From Vicugna vicugna (lineage: Eukaryota): DNA of 64,000 bases. The translations under genes and the position numbers were made by a program. Below the pieces are notes generated by a model that made no database searches, was not told the origin of the DNA, and was given only the letters and a program-made list of their open reading frames with translations. Positions 12,740-25,451 of the stretch are shown piece by piece. Positions within the stretch are counted from its first letter, which is position 1, and each line of letters opens with the position of its first letter. The DNA lies in NCBI GenBank assembly GCA_013265495.1, contig MU057930.1, positions 1,070,057 to 1,134,056 of the forward strand, read 5' to 3'.

Positions 12740-13437
12740 TAAATGATCTCTGTTAAAAAAAAAGTCAATGAGATAAACAAGAGCAGGTAGTCACAAAAGA
12801 AGAAGAGATATTTACCCCCAAAATGACAGGTTAGATTCCATGCAATGGTAAAAATCACTATAAGAATAAAGAAAAAAAACTCCATCAACAGTGAGAAACG
12901 AGGCTTACTAAACACAAAACACAAGGTTGCTAAGAGTGTCAGTGCACCTAAGAGAGATGTGGTTTGGAGCCTTTGGCATGATCTAGTGCCAAGATGGCAG
13001 AACTTATCCAAAAACTGCCATGTGAAACAGAAATGGAATGCCAAAAGGGGAGGACGGGAGGGAAAAAAAATGGCACGTGGCAGCGTTTGTTTCCAGCCAG
13101 GAATCAATACAAATTTCTTGCTGTAGGAATGCCCCTCCAAGTTAGGTCTCCAGAAATTCCACAAACTAAGATCCACCAAGAGTTTGCAACCAAAGTCCAT
13201 TAGCTCAAGTCTGTGAGTCAAGAAAAACTAAATGGCCACACTATGGATGCTGGCGTGATTGCACTCACAAAGAGTATCAACTGAGTGTGGATTCAATACA
13301 GAGACATGGTATCTGTAGTCACAGGATTTCTATTATCAGAATGGTCATTCAGTGCCTTAAAATGCATTCCTCTTCTAAACGCACAGAGATGGAGGTAAAA
13401 TGAGGTAGAATGGAGATAGAATTATTATTCCAAGATC

Positions 13438-13819
13438 TGTGGAATACTACTCAGCCATAAAAAAGAACAAAGTAATGCCATTTGCAGCAACACGAATGGA
13501 CCTGGAGATGATCATACTAAGTGAAGTAAGTCAGACAGAGAAAGACAGGTACCATCCAATATCACCTACATGTGAAATCTAAAAAAATGAAAAAAGATAC
13601 AGATAAACTTATTTACAAAACAGAAACAGACTCACAGACATAGAAAACAAATTAATGGTTACCAGGGAAAGGAGGTGGGAAGGGATAAAATGGGAGCTCA
13701 AGGTTTGCAGACACTAACTACTATATGTAAAATAGATAAACAACAAGTTTCTACTGTCTAGCACAGGGAACCATATTCAATATCTTGTAGAGATCTATAG
13801 CAAAAAAGAATATGAAAAG

Positions 13820-13854
<35 letters not shown>

Positions 13855-13935
13855 TGACTGAAGCATTGTGCTGCACACCAGAAACTGACACAACTTGTAA
13901 ACGGGCTAGCCTTCAATAAAAAAGAAGAAAAAAGT
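13438..13935 (+). mobile_element. L1 3' end (ORF2 last codons + 3' UTR) with internal (TA)n
   Basis: ggaatactactcagccataaaaaagaac...gcacagggaacc...cttcaataaaaaag. Confidence 0.95.
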
Positions 13936-14519
13936 ACTGCTCCGACACACAGTTATTAACAGTGCTAATTATTAATTAACGGTCCCAGTTAACTCCTTGT
14001 CAGAGGAACTATCTTCATTGTCAACACTACGTTAAGAACTGTTATGAAAGACTCAACATGGGAAAAAAATAAGAAATCAACTCCACAAGGAAAGAGTATT
14101 AAAAGTACTGTAAAAGGAAGAATCTCTCTGTTATCGCCAATGTGTTTTCAGTGAGTTCCGAGCAAAAGGCAAGACCCTCTTTTCAGACTTTCCGTGACTG
14201 GAGTGTCTCTCCAGGTACAATAAACCATCACCACTGGGTGTTGCGTCTGCCACCAGGGCCCCGCCACTCTCTGACCAGGAGGAACGTGAGCGAGGCTGCA
14301 AAGGGAGTTGGCAGCAGCCACACCCAAGAAGCCCTTAAAGTAGGCCAGCCCTGGGGTGTTCAGGGGGAACGTCGGCAGCTCCGCGAGGCCAAGCACCTGT
14401 CTCAGGTCCGTACGACCGCAGGAGCAACGGAGAACTCGGACAACCTCATTCTAGGGAAGCGTGCACCTGCCACCCCAGCAGCATCTCACTGCAGAGGCTG
14501 AGCATGTCGGCTGTTCATT

Positions 14520-15125
14520 CGTGGATGGCAAATGGCACAGAGGATGATGATGGTGATGGAGACAGATACTGGACGTAGATGCAGATGCAGACGACGGAGA
14601 TACAGATATTGGCAGATGTAGATGATGATGCACATGTAGATGTGCGTGATACAGATGTAGCTCCAGACATGGATGCAGATGTAGATGATATAGGTATATA
14701 TAGAGACACGCATGGAGATGGGGATGGAGATGATACAGATGTAGATGCAGATGATACAGATAGATATATAAATTTGGATGCATGGAAGTAGATGGATATA
14801 TAAATAGACTGATAAAGATACCGGGATGGAGATGATGATGTAGGTGCAGATGATACAGACCCAGATGTATGAGTGCAGACGCATTAGATGTAGGTCCTGC
14901 ATAGATGATATGTGCACATAGGTGCAGGTATAGATACACGTGCAGAAGTAGATGCACGTATAAAGAGGTGCAGATATATGTTTGTAGGTGCAGATGTGGA
15001 CTTAGATGGCACGCATAGATAGGCAGAGATACACAGACATATGCAGAGGTGCATGTAGGTGGTACAGACAGATACATGTACACGTTGTAGACACAGATGG
15101 GTGTGGGGGTGTGGACTTGCAGTCA
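14520..15125. repeat. Degenerate (GATGYA/GATACA)-type low-complexity tandem repeat
   Basis: Recurrent gatgtagatgcagat/gatacagat units; source of the H/Y/I/C-rich ORFs at 14451-15305. Confidence 0.9.
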
Positions 15126-16271
15126 TACGTTTGCAAATGCAAATCTCCATCTAGATCTGTGTCTAGCTCTCCACCCACATCTCAGACTGGAGCCACCTTC
15201 AGAGAAGGTCACTCTCAGAGAACTTCACACGTTTTGACACTTTTCAGGGCCACCAGAATGTCCCGCCCACATGTCATGCCCAACACACTGAAGCTTCAGC
15301 TCTGAACAATACAGATCAGGGTCACGGGGAGGACCCCCAGGAAAGGGAAGGGAAACTTCCCCTCTTCTGGTGAATTTTTGTCCCTGCTGTTTGTAAAATT
15401 TACAAACCAGAAGTTAACTTTCACTTCGCCAGACTTTGAGCCTCAGGTGTAAGAGAAAAAAAACTACAGTAAAAAAAAAAAATGTAATCTGTACCAGGGA
15501 CATAATCATTGAGTAAATTATATTCCATGAGGCTCATTTAGATAAATGTGCCCTTTTCCTTTTTTTCCCCCCAAAAGTGTTGTTCCTGTGCATTTAAAAA
15601 AATTTTTTCTCTTATCACCCTTGACAATTAATTCTCTTCGAATGGTTACTTCTTTGACTTGAGAACAAAAGGCAATCTTTCAGAAAACAACGAAAATAAA
15701 GGGTTGACCCTTGTGCTATGCAGTGGAGTCTCGTAAATCTCAGGGAGTTGTTCTAAGCGTTCATCACATCTTCGCTAAATGCTTTGGGTGTGTATGTACA
15801 CACACCAACACACATCACAACCCTACACCTTCCGCATACCTTGGAAAACCATGGTGCCACTGACATGCAATTACCAAGTGGCTGCCTACGCGAATAGCTT
15901 CATTTGCCTAATGAGTGAGAATTTCAATATAAGGAAAAACAAATCACAGTCCTTACCTCTCGTTGACTAATTCTAACAAAACTCATGGACCGAACACAAT
16001 CAACACAGCAAATAAAAAAAATGAATCAGTACGTAACGTTCATCTTATTTCACCATCAATCCCATGGACACCCTGAAAATACTCAAAAAGTGATACTCGC
16101 CCAAAATAACTGCGTCTCTCTCAAATAACCTCAATCCTGTTGGGTTTAAATCAAAATACAGCGAAGAAGGGGAAAAAAGGAGGAAGGAAGAAGCTATGCA
16201 ACAGAAGACTAAAGCTGGTGAACCGGATGTGAAATCTGCACAGGTTTTTGCCGTTCTCCCAAATCCTACCG

Positions 16272-16329
16272 GAGATGTTGCAAATAAGTATGCATCATGG
16301 CCTCTGACAGACTACAATGTTTGCTAGCA
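16272..16329 (+). repeat. 58-bp dispersed direct repeat, copy 1
   Basis: 57/58 identical to 17541-17598. Confidence 0.97.
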
Positions 16330-17540
16330 CCACGACCCCTAAAGAATTTCTCTCAGCATTTATGTTTCTCTAAAGATACGTCTTCTATTTGAGTTCATTT
16401 CCTTAAATGCCCCTGCTTCCCCAGGCTTCTGTCTGAGCAGCTACTGAAACTACCTTCAGTGTTTCCAACAGCTAGTCTGTCACCGTACCCCTAAGCTCCC
16501 CGGGTGACCAAGGGCAGCAGTCTACTTCCCAGCTGTCAACCCACGATGGAGGAAGAGCAAGTTACAGGTAGGCTGTGGTGATGGGGACACTGTTGGTCAC
16601 GGCAGCATCCCCTGACCTACCTGACAAACGCATCACGCTTCCCAAGGCCGTGCAGGAATACCTTGCACAACACCTGCCAGAAACTCCCCACACACATACT
16701 TAAGGGAAGAGCTGTAACTAATTTTACTGTCTTCTGTTTGGGGGTGCACTTTGCTTTCTTTGGGGGTGGGGGGCCCGTCAACCTCTCAGAACCCATTGGC
16801 TTTCTACCTAGTATTTACTCTTTGAGAACCTGCCAGTTGAAGACTGAATTAAGAAATTTTAAAAAAGAAAGCAATTCACAGTAAAGTATTAGTGGGTATT
16901 AATTTAAAAATTTGCCCATTCGAGAATTGCTTGCTTATTAACATAACATAGTCCCCTTAACATGAGGCACCAAATAGGTAAGTTTCAGGTAAAAATGAAC
17001 AAGGAGTGCTGGAAAGATTTTGAAAAATGATCTCAAGGAACATCAGAATGTACAAAAAGCCTTAGCCTGACTTAACAGAATCAGTTCAAATTTTGATCCA
17101 TTTTTGATAAAGTCCACTTGCTCCTTTAAACCCTACTTGTGGGAAGAAGCAGATCAATGGGTAATAATTAAACAGTGATTATTTTTATTAAAATATGTCT
17201 AATTTTTCCCTATAGAAATCACGTCTAGGATTTATGCCCTACTGGGACCATTTAATTCAGGAGACCCGAACAGACTGCGGGTGACGATAAAAATTTAAAG
17301 AAACGGGATACTATCCCTAATTTTCTGTAGAAACGTGGTTTCATACCAACAGGCTTGAGAAGCAATGAGTAAAAGCTTTGCATTATGCAAAAACCAAACC
17401 GGACACCAACCCCCTTCCATCTGGACAGTTAAGGCCAGCAGAGCTCAAGTGGCGGAAAAAGTTTTACTGTAAGATAGCACCAATTTTAATAGCATTTTTC
17501 TTTCATATTCTAGAGGGAGACACAATGCATTTTTCTTCAA

Positions 17541-17598
17541 GAGATGTTGCAAATAAGTATGCATCATGGCCTCAGACAGACTACAATGTTTGCTAGCA
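17541..17598 (+). repeat. 58-bp dispersed direct repeat, copy 2
   Basis: 57/58 identical to 16272-16329. Confidence 0.97.
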
Positions 17599-17819
17599 AC
17601 AGGCAGAAACAGGCATGACACAGACAGCTTTAACGCACTTGGCTGCATGGATGGGTTATGTCAATGGTGGTATTTGATGTCCTGTCTTACTGTGTTGGGG
17701 AAGGCACAGTGGTTTAACCCAACTGTCCAGGCTCTTGCCTGAAAACTGCCTCTACGTCTTTAGTATGAGGGGGTCAAAGAGAATTCTTTCATGTGTCATG
17801 GATAACATTCAGCTGAACA

Positions 17820-17832
17820 GGGATAGATGACC

Positions 17833-17863
<31 letters not shown>

Positions 17864-17925
17864 TAGGATGGGTGGGCAGACAGATAGATGATTAGATAGG
17901 TGGAGAGAAAGAGAGAGAGAGAACA
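17820..17925. repeat. (GATA)n/(GACA)n/(GA)n compound microsatellite
   Basis: Directly visible. Confidence 0.9.
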
Positions 17926-17974
17926 CACAAAGTTAACCATGAAAGTTTACTGTAAAAAGTACTGTATTTTCCAG

Positions 17975-18500
17975 CACAACTAAGGTACAATTTACATACA
18001 GTAACACCCCTATTTTTGTAGTAACTTTTGAAGTTCTCTCGACTGTATTATCCTGTGTCATCACCGCCACAATCAAGACATAAGACCGTGTGAACATCCT
18101 CCCCCATTTCTCTGTATCCTGTATAGCCTGGCCTCCTGACTCCAGGCCCCAGGAAACCCTGGGGACACTGACTCCCCCCGTTCTGACTTTGTCTTTTCTA
18201 GAATTTCACCCACATGGCACTTGCTGTCTGAATTTCTTCACTTAGCGAAGTGTTTTTTTGAAATCCGTCAATGTTGTTGCATTTATTAATGCTTTGTTCC
18301 TTTGGATCGGTGAATACCGCTCATCATATGAATGTGTAAGCAGATTAAGTTGACTCCTTTGGCATTAGATGAATACGTGGTGTTTCCAGTTTTTCTTTTA
18401 TACTTTATATCAGGATACTATGAATGCACATACAAATCTCTGTGTGGACATGTTCATGTCTCTACACGATCATACGATTAGTATATGTTTGAATTTGTGT
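17975..18500 (-). mobile_element. Ancient L1 (L1MC/L1ME-type) 3' end
   Basis: aatttacatacagtaa; caccgccacaatcaagacata; ttttctagaatttcac; ttcacttagc..ttgaaatcc..atgttgttgcat are typical reverse-strand L1M 3' motifs. Confidence 0.75.
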
Positions 18501-20263
18501 TCCAAATGGGCAAAACATATAAATTGTTAATTTCTGGAAGGTTGAAGGTTGAACACTTGATTACAATCGTCAGCAAAGAGTAATACGTTGAGTATGACTT
18601 TGCTGGTCTAAGCTTTTAAAACTTTTTTAAAATTAGAATTTAATTACCTGATGTGTTTTACGCTCTTCATAAAAAATACACATGGTCAGTCAAATACTCG
18701 AAGAATCATTGTACAACAATGACTTCTGTCTCCCAGCACTGTAGAATTTAATTTCTAGCAACAGTGAAGAGTTCGTTGAAATATTTAAGCCATATTTCAC
18801 AGGCAAAAACTGCAGACATACATCTCCAATTGATGGCATTTCTAAATGACCACCTTATTATCTATAAAAATTGAACATATCTTAAAGATGTATTTTCAAG
18901 AGAGATGGTTTTTCTAAATTTATCCCATTTGATTTAAGATCACAGCAAAAGAACACAAATTCAGTAACAGCTGCCCTTGGAGTTCCTGTCTCTTTTTCAT
19001 TCCTTCGTGATGCATGATAAATAATTCTGGAGAAGGGATGAGTAATTTCCCACGTACCGATCTCTCTTCCTCCCATCTTTCTAGTGACTCTCTGATTCTT
19101 CTCATTCATCACAATAGTGAATAGTACTCTCACTGGCAGTCATAAATCAGTGAGCAGGTATATAATTTGTGGGTAAGGTGCTTTTTTTTTTTAATGGTGT
19201 CAGTTTGTTCTATAAGATAATTTAAAATGAAGAATAATTTTTTTTATGTATGTCTTTGCAGAAGGGAGAGATCAGTCGTCTTCAGAATGATTCATGGATT
19301 AGAACCATCACTCCTGTTCTGGCGTCACATCTTTGCGGAATAAGTGCTAATTTATTGTCAGAGTGTTTAATGATGCACCATGGTCTAATGAGATACACTG
19401 AAAAAAAGTGTGAAGTCCAAGTTGTCTAGGTCTAGGCTGTAAATTTTTGTTGATGCTACGGAAGACAGCCCACGTTGTTACCTGCTCTCGGAAGTGCCCA
19501 AGAAAGGCAAGTGAATAATTAACATTTTTAAAGACAATAATTATCGTGTCCTCGCATGTGGATGTTGCCCTCGGATATAATTCCATGTGAGGTTTTATAA
19601 TCCTACCAAAGGGCGTCACAATGAAGCCCTCCCCCACCCCATTTTTCTCAGGCAAATTATATTGTTTATCACCTTGACTGAACGAATTAAATCCAACTGA
19701 GTCATCTTTAGTCAAGGGGAGATTATTCTGTGCTTTCTACGGGAGCATATTTTTCTCGGAAAAGCAAGGTCAGTATAAACAATCAAAAGAATGAGGGGTA
19801 ATTCTGTTTGAATATGTAATTTCAAGTACGGTTCATAGAATTTTCCAACTGAAGGAGTCCTCAGTGGTTAGTGGCAGAGGAGTAGTCATTAGAACCCTGA
19901 GTTTCAGGGACAGAACTTCCTTCTTTGTTGAAGTAGGGAAGGAGAGAAATAAAGTACTGAAAATAATTAGCCCCTAACATTCCTTTAAATGCATAACTAC
20001 TTTTTTTTTTCAATCTCCTAGGCAGTTGAATATATATGAACTCTCCATTTTAAATCACTTTTCTTAGTTTGCCTCATCACCGGGTGTTTAGTAAACCCAT
20101 ATGTCCACCTGATCATTTCCCTGTTCAAGAAATTGGCTTTTCTGTCAGAAGTCGGTATAAAATCCGAAGATTGCATACCACTAAGGAAATCACAAACCTG
20201 TTAACTGAATTCGCTAACATAAATACGGGAGATTCTACAACTGGGCATATGTATCTCTCTCTC

Positions 20264-20294
<31 letters not shown>

Positions 20295-20790
20295 TTTTAT
20301 CGGGATGCAGGAAAGAATCCCCAGGTGGACTGGACCAACCTTGCTTTCCTCTGCTAAGATGGAGATGTGGCTTATTTAGCGAGGTCAAGTCAAAGAAGGC
20401 ATCGCAAACACTGCAAACATAGCTGACATTTCAAGAATCATATTGACTTACGGATGCTGTGAAGCCATTTGGCTCTTATAAAATAATTCAGAGCGGGAAA
20501 AAAATGTTGTTTTGTTTTGGAACGGATTGAGATTTTTAAAACTGAATTGGACTGCACTGTCACATCTGAGAATTTACTTAAAATTAGTAAGTATAAATGG
20601 ACCCAGGACATGGCTAGATTAGTACATTTTTTGAAAACAGAAAAGCACTGTATTAGCTGAAATAAAGAGCAGTTGCAGATGGACAAGCACCCTGAATTCT
20701 AACTGGCTTTGTACAATAGAGGTGCATGTTTAATATCACGGTCACGATCATCACTCAGACAGAACTCAAGTACCTGACCCCCTCTCTCTA

Positions 20791-20808
20791 TGTGTGTGTG
20801 TGTGTGTG

Positions 20809-20858
<50 letters not shown>

Positions 20859-20945
20859 CACACAATATGGATATCTCGTAGCTACAAATACACGTCTAGA
20901 ATATGTTTACCTATCCAAATACACACACACACACACACACACGTA
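20791..20945. repeat. (TG)n-TATA-(CA)n compound microsatellite plus second (CA)n
   Basis: Directly visible; 20791-20830 is a perfect palindrome. Confidence 0.95.
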
Positions 20946-21335
20946 TACGCATTATATACCTATAAATTAGGCATACTTGTATAACTTCATATGTACGTAT
21001 GTAGGCTATTTGTCACCTATCTCAGCGTGAAAGCTTTTCTTTCTACGGGCTTGGAAAATGTTGAGGAAGAAAAAGAGTTCAAATTTCTTTTCTTTCTGGT
21101 AATTCCAGAATTCAAACATACAGCCCACACATGACCCATGTCAGGCACCTGCCATTCATACACATATGAATATACAGGCGATTTCTGTGACGTCTGCTGA
21201 AGTGTGAACACCAGGAAATGCCATGGCCATCCCATTCGACCAGAATGTTTTTCCTTCCCCTGCCCAGGCTGCATCCAGAGGAGATGGGGCTGGCTTCCTA
21301 CAAATGACTGCTGAACTGCACGAGCCTTGGTGCAG

Positions 21336-21450
21336 CTACAGACTGAGTCTCACGTCATCCTGCACCGTCCTCCACCTACAGACCAGGTCTCACATCTTCC
21401 TGTACCATCCTCTACCTACAGACCAGGTCTCACATCATTTAGTACCATCC
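21336..21450. repeat. 40-bp period minisatellite, ~3 copies
   Basis: ctacagac(tga/cag)gtctcac(g/a)tc starts at 21336, 21376 and 21416. Confidence 0.9.
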
Positions 21451-22094
21451 CTGCCAGCACCTCATCTCTGGATGGAATTCCCTGACCATTTGAACTCCAG
21501 GCTGGCTGCATCACACCCACCCTTGGCCCTTGCCTTTACTCCTATGCACATGTTGACACCCATGATTTCTCACCCTTCTTCTCCTGAAGGACCCTGAGCT
21601 CATTCTTCCTCCGTGACTCTGCAGCTTGGTCATATGGTGGGTGGGTTGCCACTGGAAACCCTGTGCCCTCCACACCCTCCCTTCCTGGCATCTCAATGTC
21701 TGGCCACCACCTTCTGTCACTCAGCTCATCAAGCTGGTACTGCAAGTCCCACAAGGCTTCACTGTACACTGGGATATGTACGCCCACTCAGTGACCTTTG
21801 TTCACAACCCCTCGTCCCTCAGGGTTGGAGGGACCGTGCCTAACGATGCATCAAAATGCACATCCTTCACTTGAGAAGCCCCTTCTCCTTTAGTCTCACC
21901 ACCTCCAGGGATGCTCATGTGGTTGAATTCAGGGCTCATCTAATACCGACTTTAACCTTACGTTACATAGCACAGGAGAAGAGCACATCAGGCTTTTTGT
22001 TTGATGCAGTAACTGGCAAAGTTTATGTTCCTCTGTGACAACCCCCCAAAAAGGGAAATAAACGCTGAGGCTCTTTCAAATTTGGACCTTTTTC

Positions 22095-22975
22095 AAAGAC
22101 ACTTTTCCATAGAGGAGATGCAGGTGGCCAACAGGCACCCGAAAATACGTTCAACCTCATGCATGACTCATCAGGGAAACGAAATCAAACCCACAAGAGG
22201 ATACTGCCTCACACATAACAAATGTTGGTGAGGGTGTGGAGAAAAGGGAGGCCTCCTACACTGTTGGTGGGAATGTAAATTGGTGAAGCCGCTGTGAGAA
22301 ACAGCATGAAGATGTCTTAAAAAACTAAAAATAGAACTACCATATGAGCCAGCAATTCTTCTGCTGAGTATATACTAAAAAAAAACAAACAAAAACAAAA
22401 ACAGAAACACAAATTTGAAAATACACACGCACCTCAATGTTCACAGCAGCACCATTCACAATAGCCAAGACATGGAAGCAACCTAAATGTCCATCAACGG
22501 ATGACTGGATAAAGAAGCTGTGGTATATTTCTACAAAGGAATATTACTCAGCCATGAAAAAGAACGAACCATTGCCATTTGCAGAAACATGGATGGACGT
22601 GGACAGCATTATGCTAAGTGAAATAAGACAGAGAAAGACAAATACCGTACAATGTCACTTCCACGTGGAATCTAAAAAGTACAACAAACTAGTGAATATA
22701 AGAAAAAAGAAACAGACTCATGGATACAGAGAACACACTATTGGTTACCAGTGGGGAGAGGGAAGGCGGAGGGCAGGATAGGGGGAGGAGATTAAGAGGT
22801 ATGAACTATTACGTATAGAACAAGCTACAAGGATATATTGTACAACATGGAAATATAGCCAATATTTTATAATAATTATAAATGGAGAAGAGCCTTTCAA
22901 AATTGTGAATCACTCTGTTGAACACCTGTCAGAGAATATGGCACAGCAACTCTATTTCAATTAAAAAAATAAATA
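22095..22975 (+). mobile_element. L1 3' end (ORF2 C-terminus + 3' UTR, intermediate age)
   Basis: ORF 22437..22781 MFTAAPFTIAKTWKQPKCPSTDDWIKKLWYI; 3' UTR ends in ttcaattaaaaaaa. Confidence 0.95.
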
Positions 22976-24519
22976 GCACAAGCAGACAGTGACCCCCAGC
23001 AGGAAAAAGTCTTCCAAAGCCAATTCATCAGCCAGAAAAAAAAAAAAACAAAAACACTTTATTCCTCAGTGCTTCCCACCTTTAAAGGATGTAAAAGAGA
23101 CTGGCTATGAAGCTCAGATCCCAGAGAAGTTAGGCTCCTGGCTTGCCTCCTCACGATACCCGTGTTTGGCTTACGGTTGATAGTGCTTGACTTTTACGTG
23201 AACAGGAGATCGGATCTGGCTGTCCTCGTGAGGATGTGCACCAAGGTTCGCTGCTTTTGTACCCGAGACTGGCAAAACGAACGCCCATGATTTCAATCAA
23301 CTCGCCTGTAGCGGACCGGACTGAGTTTAATAATGCCACTGCGCACAGTGAACGGAAAAGGCAGACTCCGAGCTTTATTTTTCCAAAGTTTCTCCGAGGG
23401 AAGGCTCATGACATTTCAGGTTGTTCGGGAGAAAAGAATGATGCCTGCTGGGGATACTTTATCATCGCCCAGCGTGTGGAAGGAATCCCACTGCAATATT
23501 TTCCCCCATCCGCTGAAACGGGCTCTAGCTTTACGGTAAACCCTTTATGAAAAAGCACCACTTTTATATGTAAAATGAAGTAGGGCAAGAACAATTTGGT
23601 TTTTTTTTTTTTTAACTTTTGGATTCTTCTTGCTGAGGATTGATCACATTGCATTTTGCCTCCATCAGGACGGCTCTGAAGTCCGTCAGGATGCACTATA
23701 TGAATAATCCTTATGTATCTGGGTCAGCAAACAAAGGGACTTTTAACAAATTCACTTCCTCTTGTTTCTCAAAATATTTCCACCTTGCTTTATCTCTTCC
23801 TCCCCCCGGTCATGCATTTGTCAGACATGCATTGAACACCTGTTAAGTGGAAGGCTACGAAGATATAAGATGCATCTTAAAGAGCTTAGCACAAAGATCC
23901 AGACTTCTAAACAAGATGAGAACAAAAACAGGAAGACGTCCTAATAAATGAATGACAGGCGCGCCGATCTCCACCCCAAGCACTGTTGGGAGAATCGGGC
24001 CTTTGACAACACCCCCAGCCCAGCCCATTCGAAATGTGGATGGTGAGTTTTGGGAGACAGCAGCGTGAGTGCTGGGGTGACTTTGTACCACTCGGACCCC
24101 CGCTGGAAGGCGGGCAGTAAAGAGCATCCGTCTGTCCTGCCAGGCTCGCTAAGAAGCAGAATTTCTCACCCCGCTTTTTCGCCTTCCTCCAATATCTGGT
24201 GATCAACAGAGACATCCAGACTGTATTACGTGGAGAGAATTGAAGGAAAGCCCCTCGCTGTGGGAGCCTGACTCACACAGCCAGAGCGAGCACAGCGCGC
24301 CAGGAGCTTGCAGGAGTCTGAGCACGGTCGGATGCTGATTCACGCAGGGGGCACGGGGCGCTGGAGAGAAGCCAGTTGCAGCGGCTATAAGATCACTTCA
24401 GCATTTGACAATGGGGAGTGTTCCCATAATGGGGAAACAAAAATGTTGATAACCTTATCATGGCTATTACATCTTGCAGAGGGGAGGATATCAAATTGCA
24501 ATTTTTATGTATTTATTAA

Positions 24520-24669
24520 AAATTTTAATTCATTTAATTTTAATTATTTTTTGAGGGGGAGGTAATAAGGTTTACTCAAGTATTTATTTAATGGAGGTAC
24601 CGGGGCTCGAACCCAGGGCCTCACACGCGCTAGGCAAGCACTCTACCACCAAGCCACACCGATCCCCCC
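24520..24669 (-). mobile_element. tRNA-Ala-derived SINE (camelid vic-1-like)
   Basis: Reverse complement gives ggtggtagagtgcttgcctagcgcgtgtgaggccctgggttcgagccccggtacctccattaaat...cctccccctc + A-rich tail. Confidence 0.9.
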
Positions 24670-25006
24670 ACCAAATTTTAACTTTAGAACACAAGGCAGA
24701 CTTACGGACACTTCAAACACTTATTATCTCATTTAATCTGCCCCCAGACTCCTCGGCATTGGCACGGCCTTACGTCTGAACGACCTGCGTGTGGGCAGGA
24801 TGAAAGGACTGTCTGTGGCCTTGCGGCTCGCACAAAGAGAACCAGGCTGATAAAAGCTCTAATTTTACATCCTGTGTTTTGTGCCCACACAGGACAGTGT
24901 GAGCGCTGACTTTTTATAAATCCCTGAATCAGTGCATGGTGGTTGGACATTTCATTTAATATATTCCCCCCCCATTCCTTTGTTGTCTTATCTCTACATT
25001 TTAAGA

Positions 25007-25077
25007 ACTGGGTCAGGTAATTTGATGTTCATTTTAGCTATGAATTCTAAAATGAACATCAAACTACCTGGCCCAGT
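25007..25077. other. Near-perfect inverted repeat (31-bp arms, 9-nt loop); candidate pre-miRNA or MITE remnant
   Basis: Arms 25007-25037 and 25047-25077 are reverse-complementary at 29/31 positions. Confidence 0.9.
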
Positions 25078-25451
25078 GAACTCTGTTCTATCAGAAATGT
25101 TTTCAGCGAGCAAGTTCAGTGAACGACTGGTATTTTTTTTTCTTTGTTAATGACGCTAAGTCGGTTCAATGAGCATGATTGCTCTCCGACAATGAAAATT
25201 ATTACTGCCTGATTCATCATGATTATTGCCAGTGAAGTAGGAGCTTTAAACTACACCAAGATACGCTGGCAAAGACGGACTTTGCTCTGCTTCGATGTGA
25301 TTTGCCATATTATTCTCCAGCAAAGAGAGATGAGCAGAACTGAGTCTCTAAATCCCTTAGAGGACACACACAGAGCCGGCACCCACCCATACAAATGGGA
25401 ACAGGAGCCAAGCTAAGTGTGAGGAACCCCCTATCAAGCAGGTGTAATTCA

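Noticed and set aside
14451..15305. Overlapping long ORFs (up to 210 aa)
   Set aside because: Read-through of a low-complexity repeat. The same applies to ORFs at 1706-2257, 36336-36984, 44444-44829 and 60416-60919.
16565..16623. Possible hairpin caggtagg...cctacctg
   Set aside because: Only 8 bp perfect plus a weak inner stem; expected by chance in 64 kb.
16272..17598. Flanking direct repeats of a novel 1.3-kb mobile element
   Set aside because: No TSD outside the repeats, no TG..CA termini, PBS/PPT, TIR, poly-A or coding remnant inside. Kept only as a dispersed duplication.
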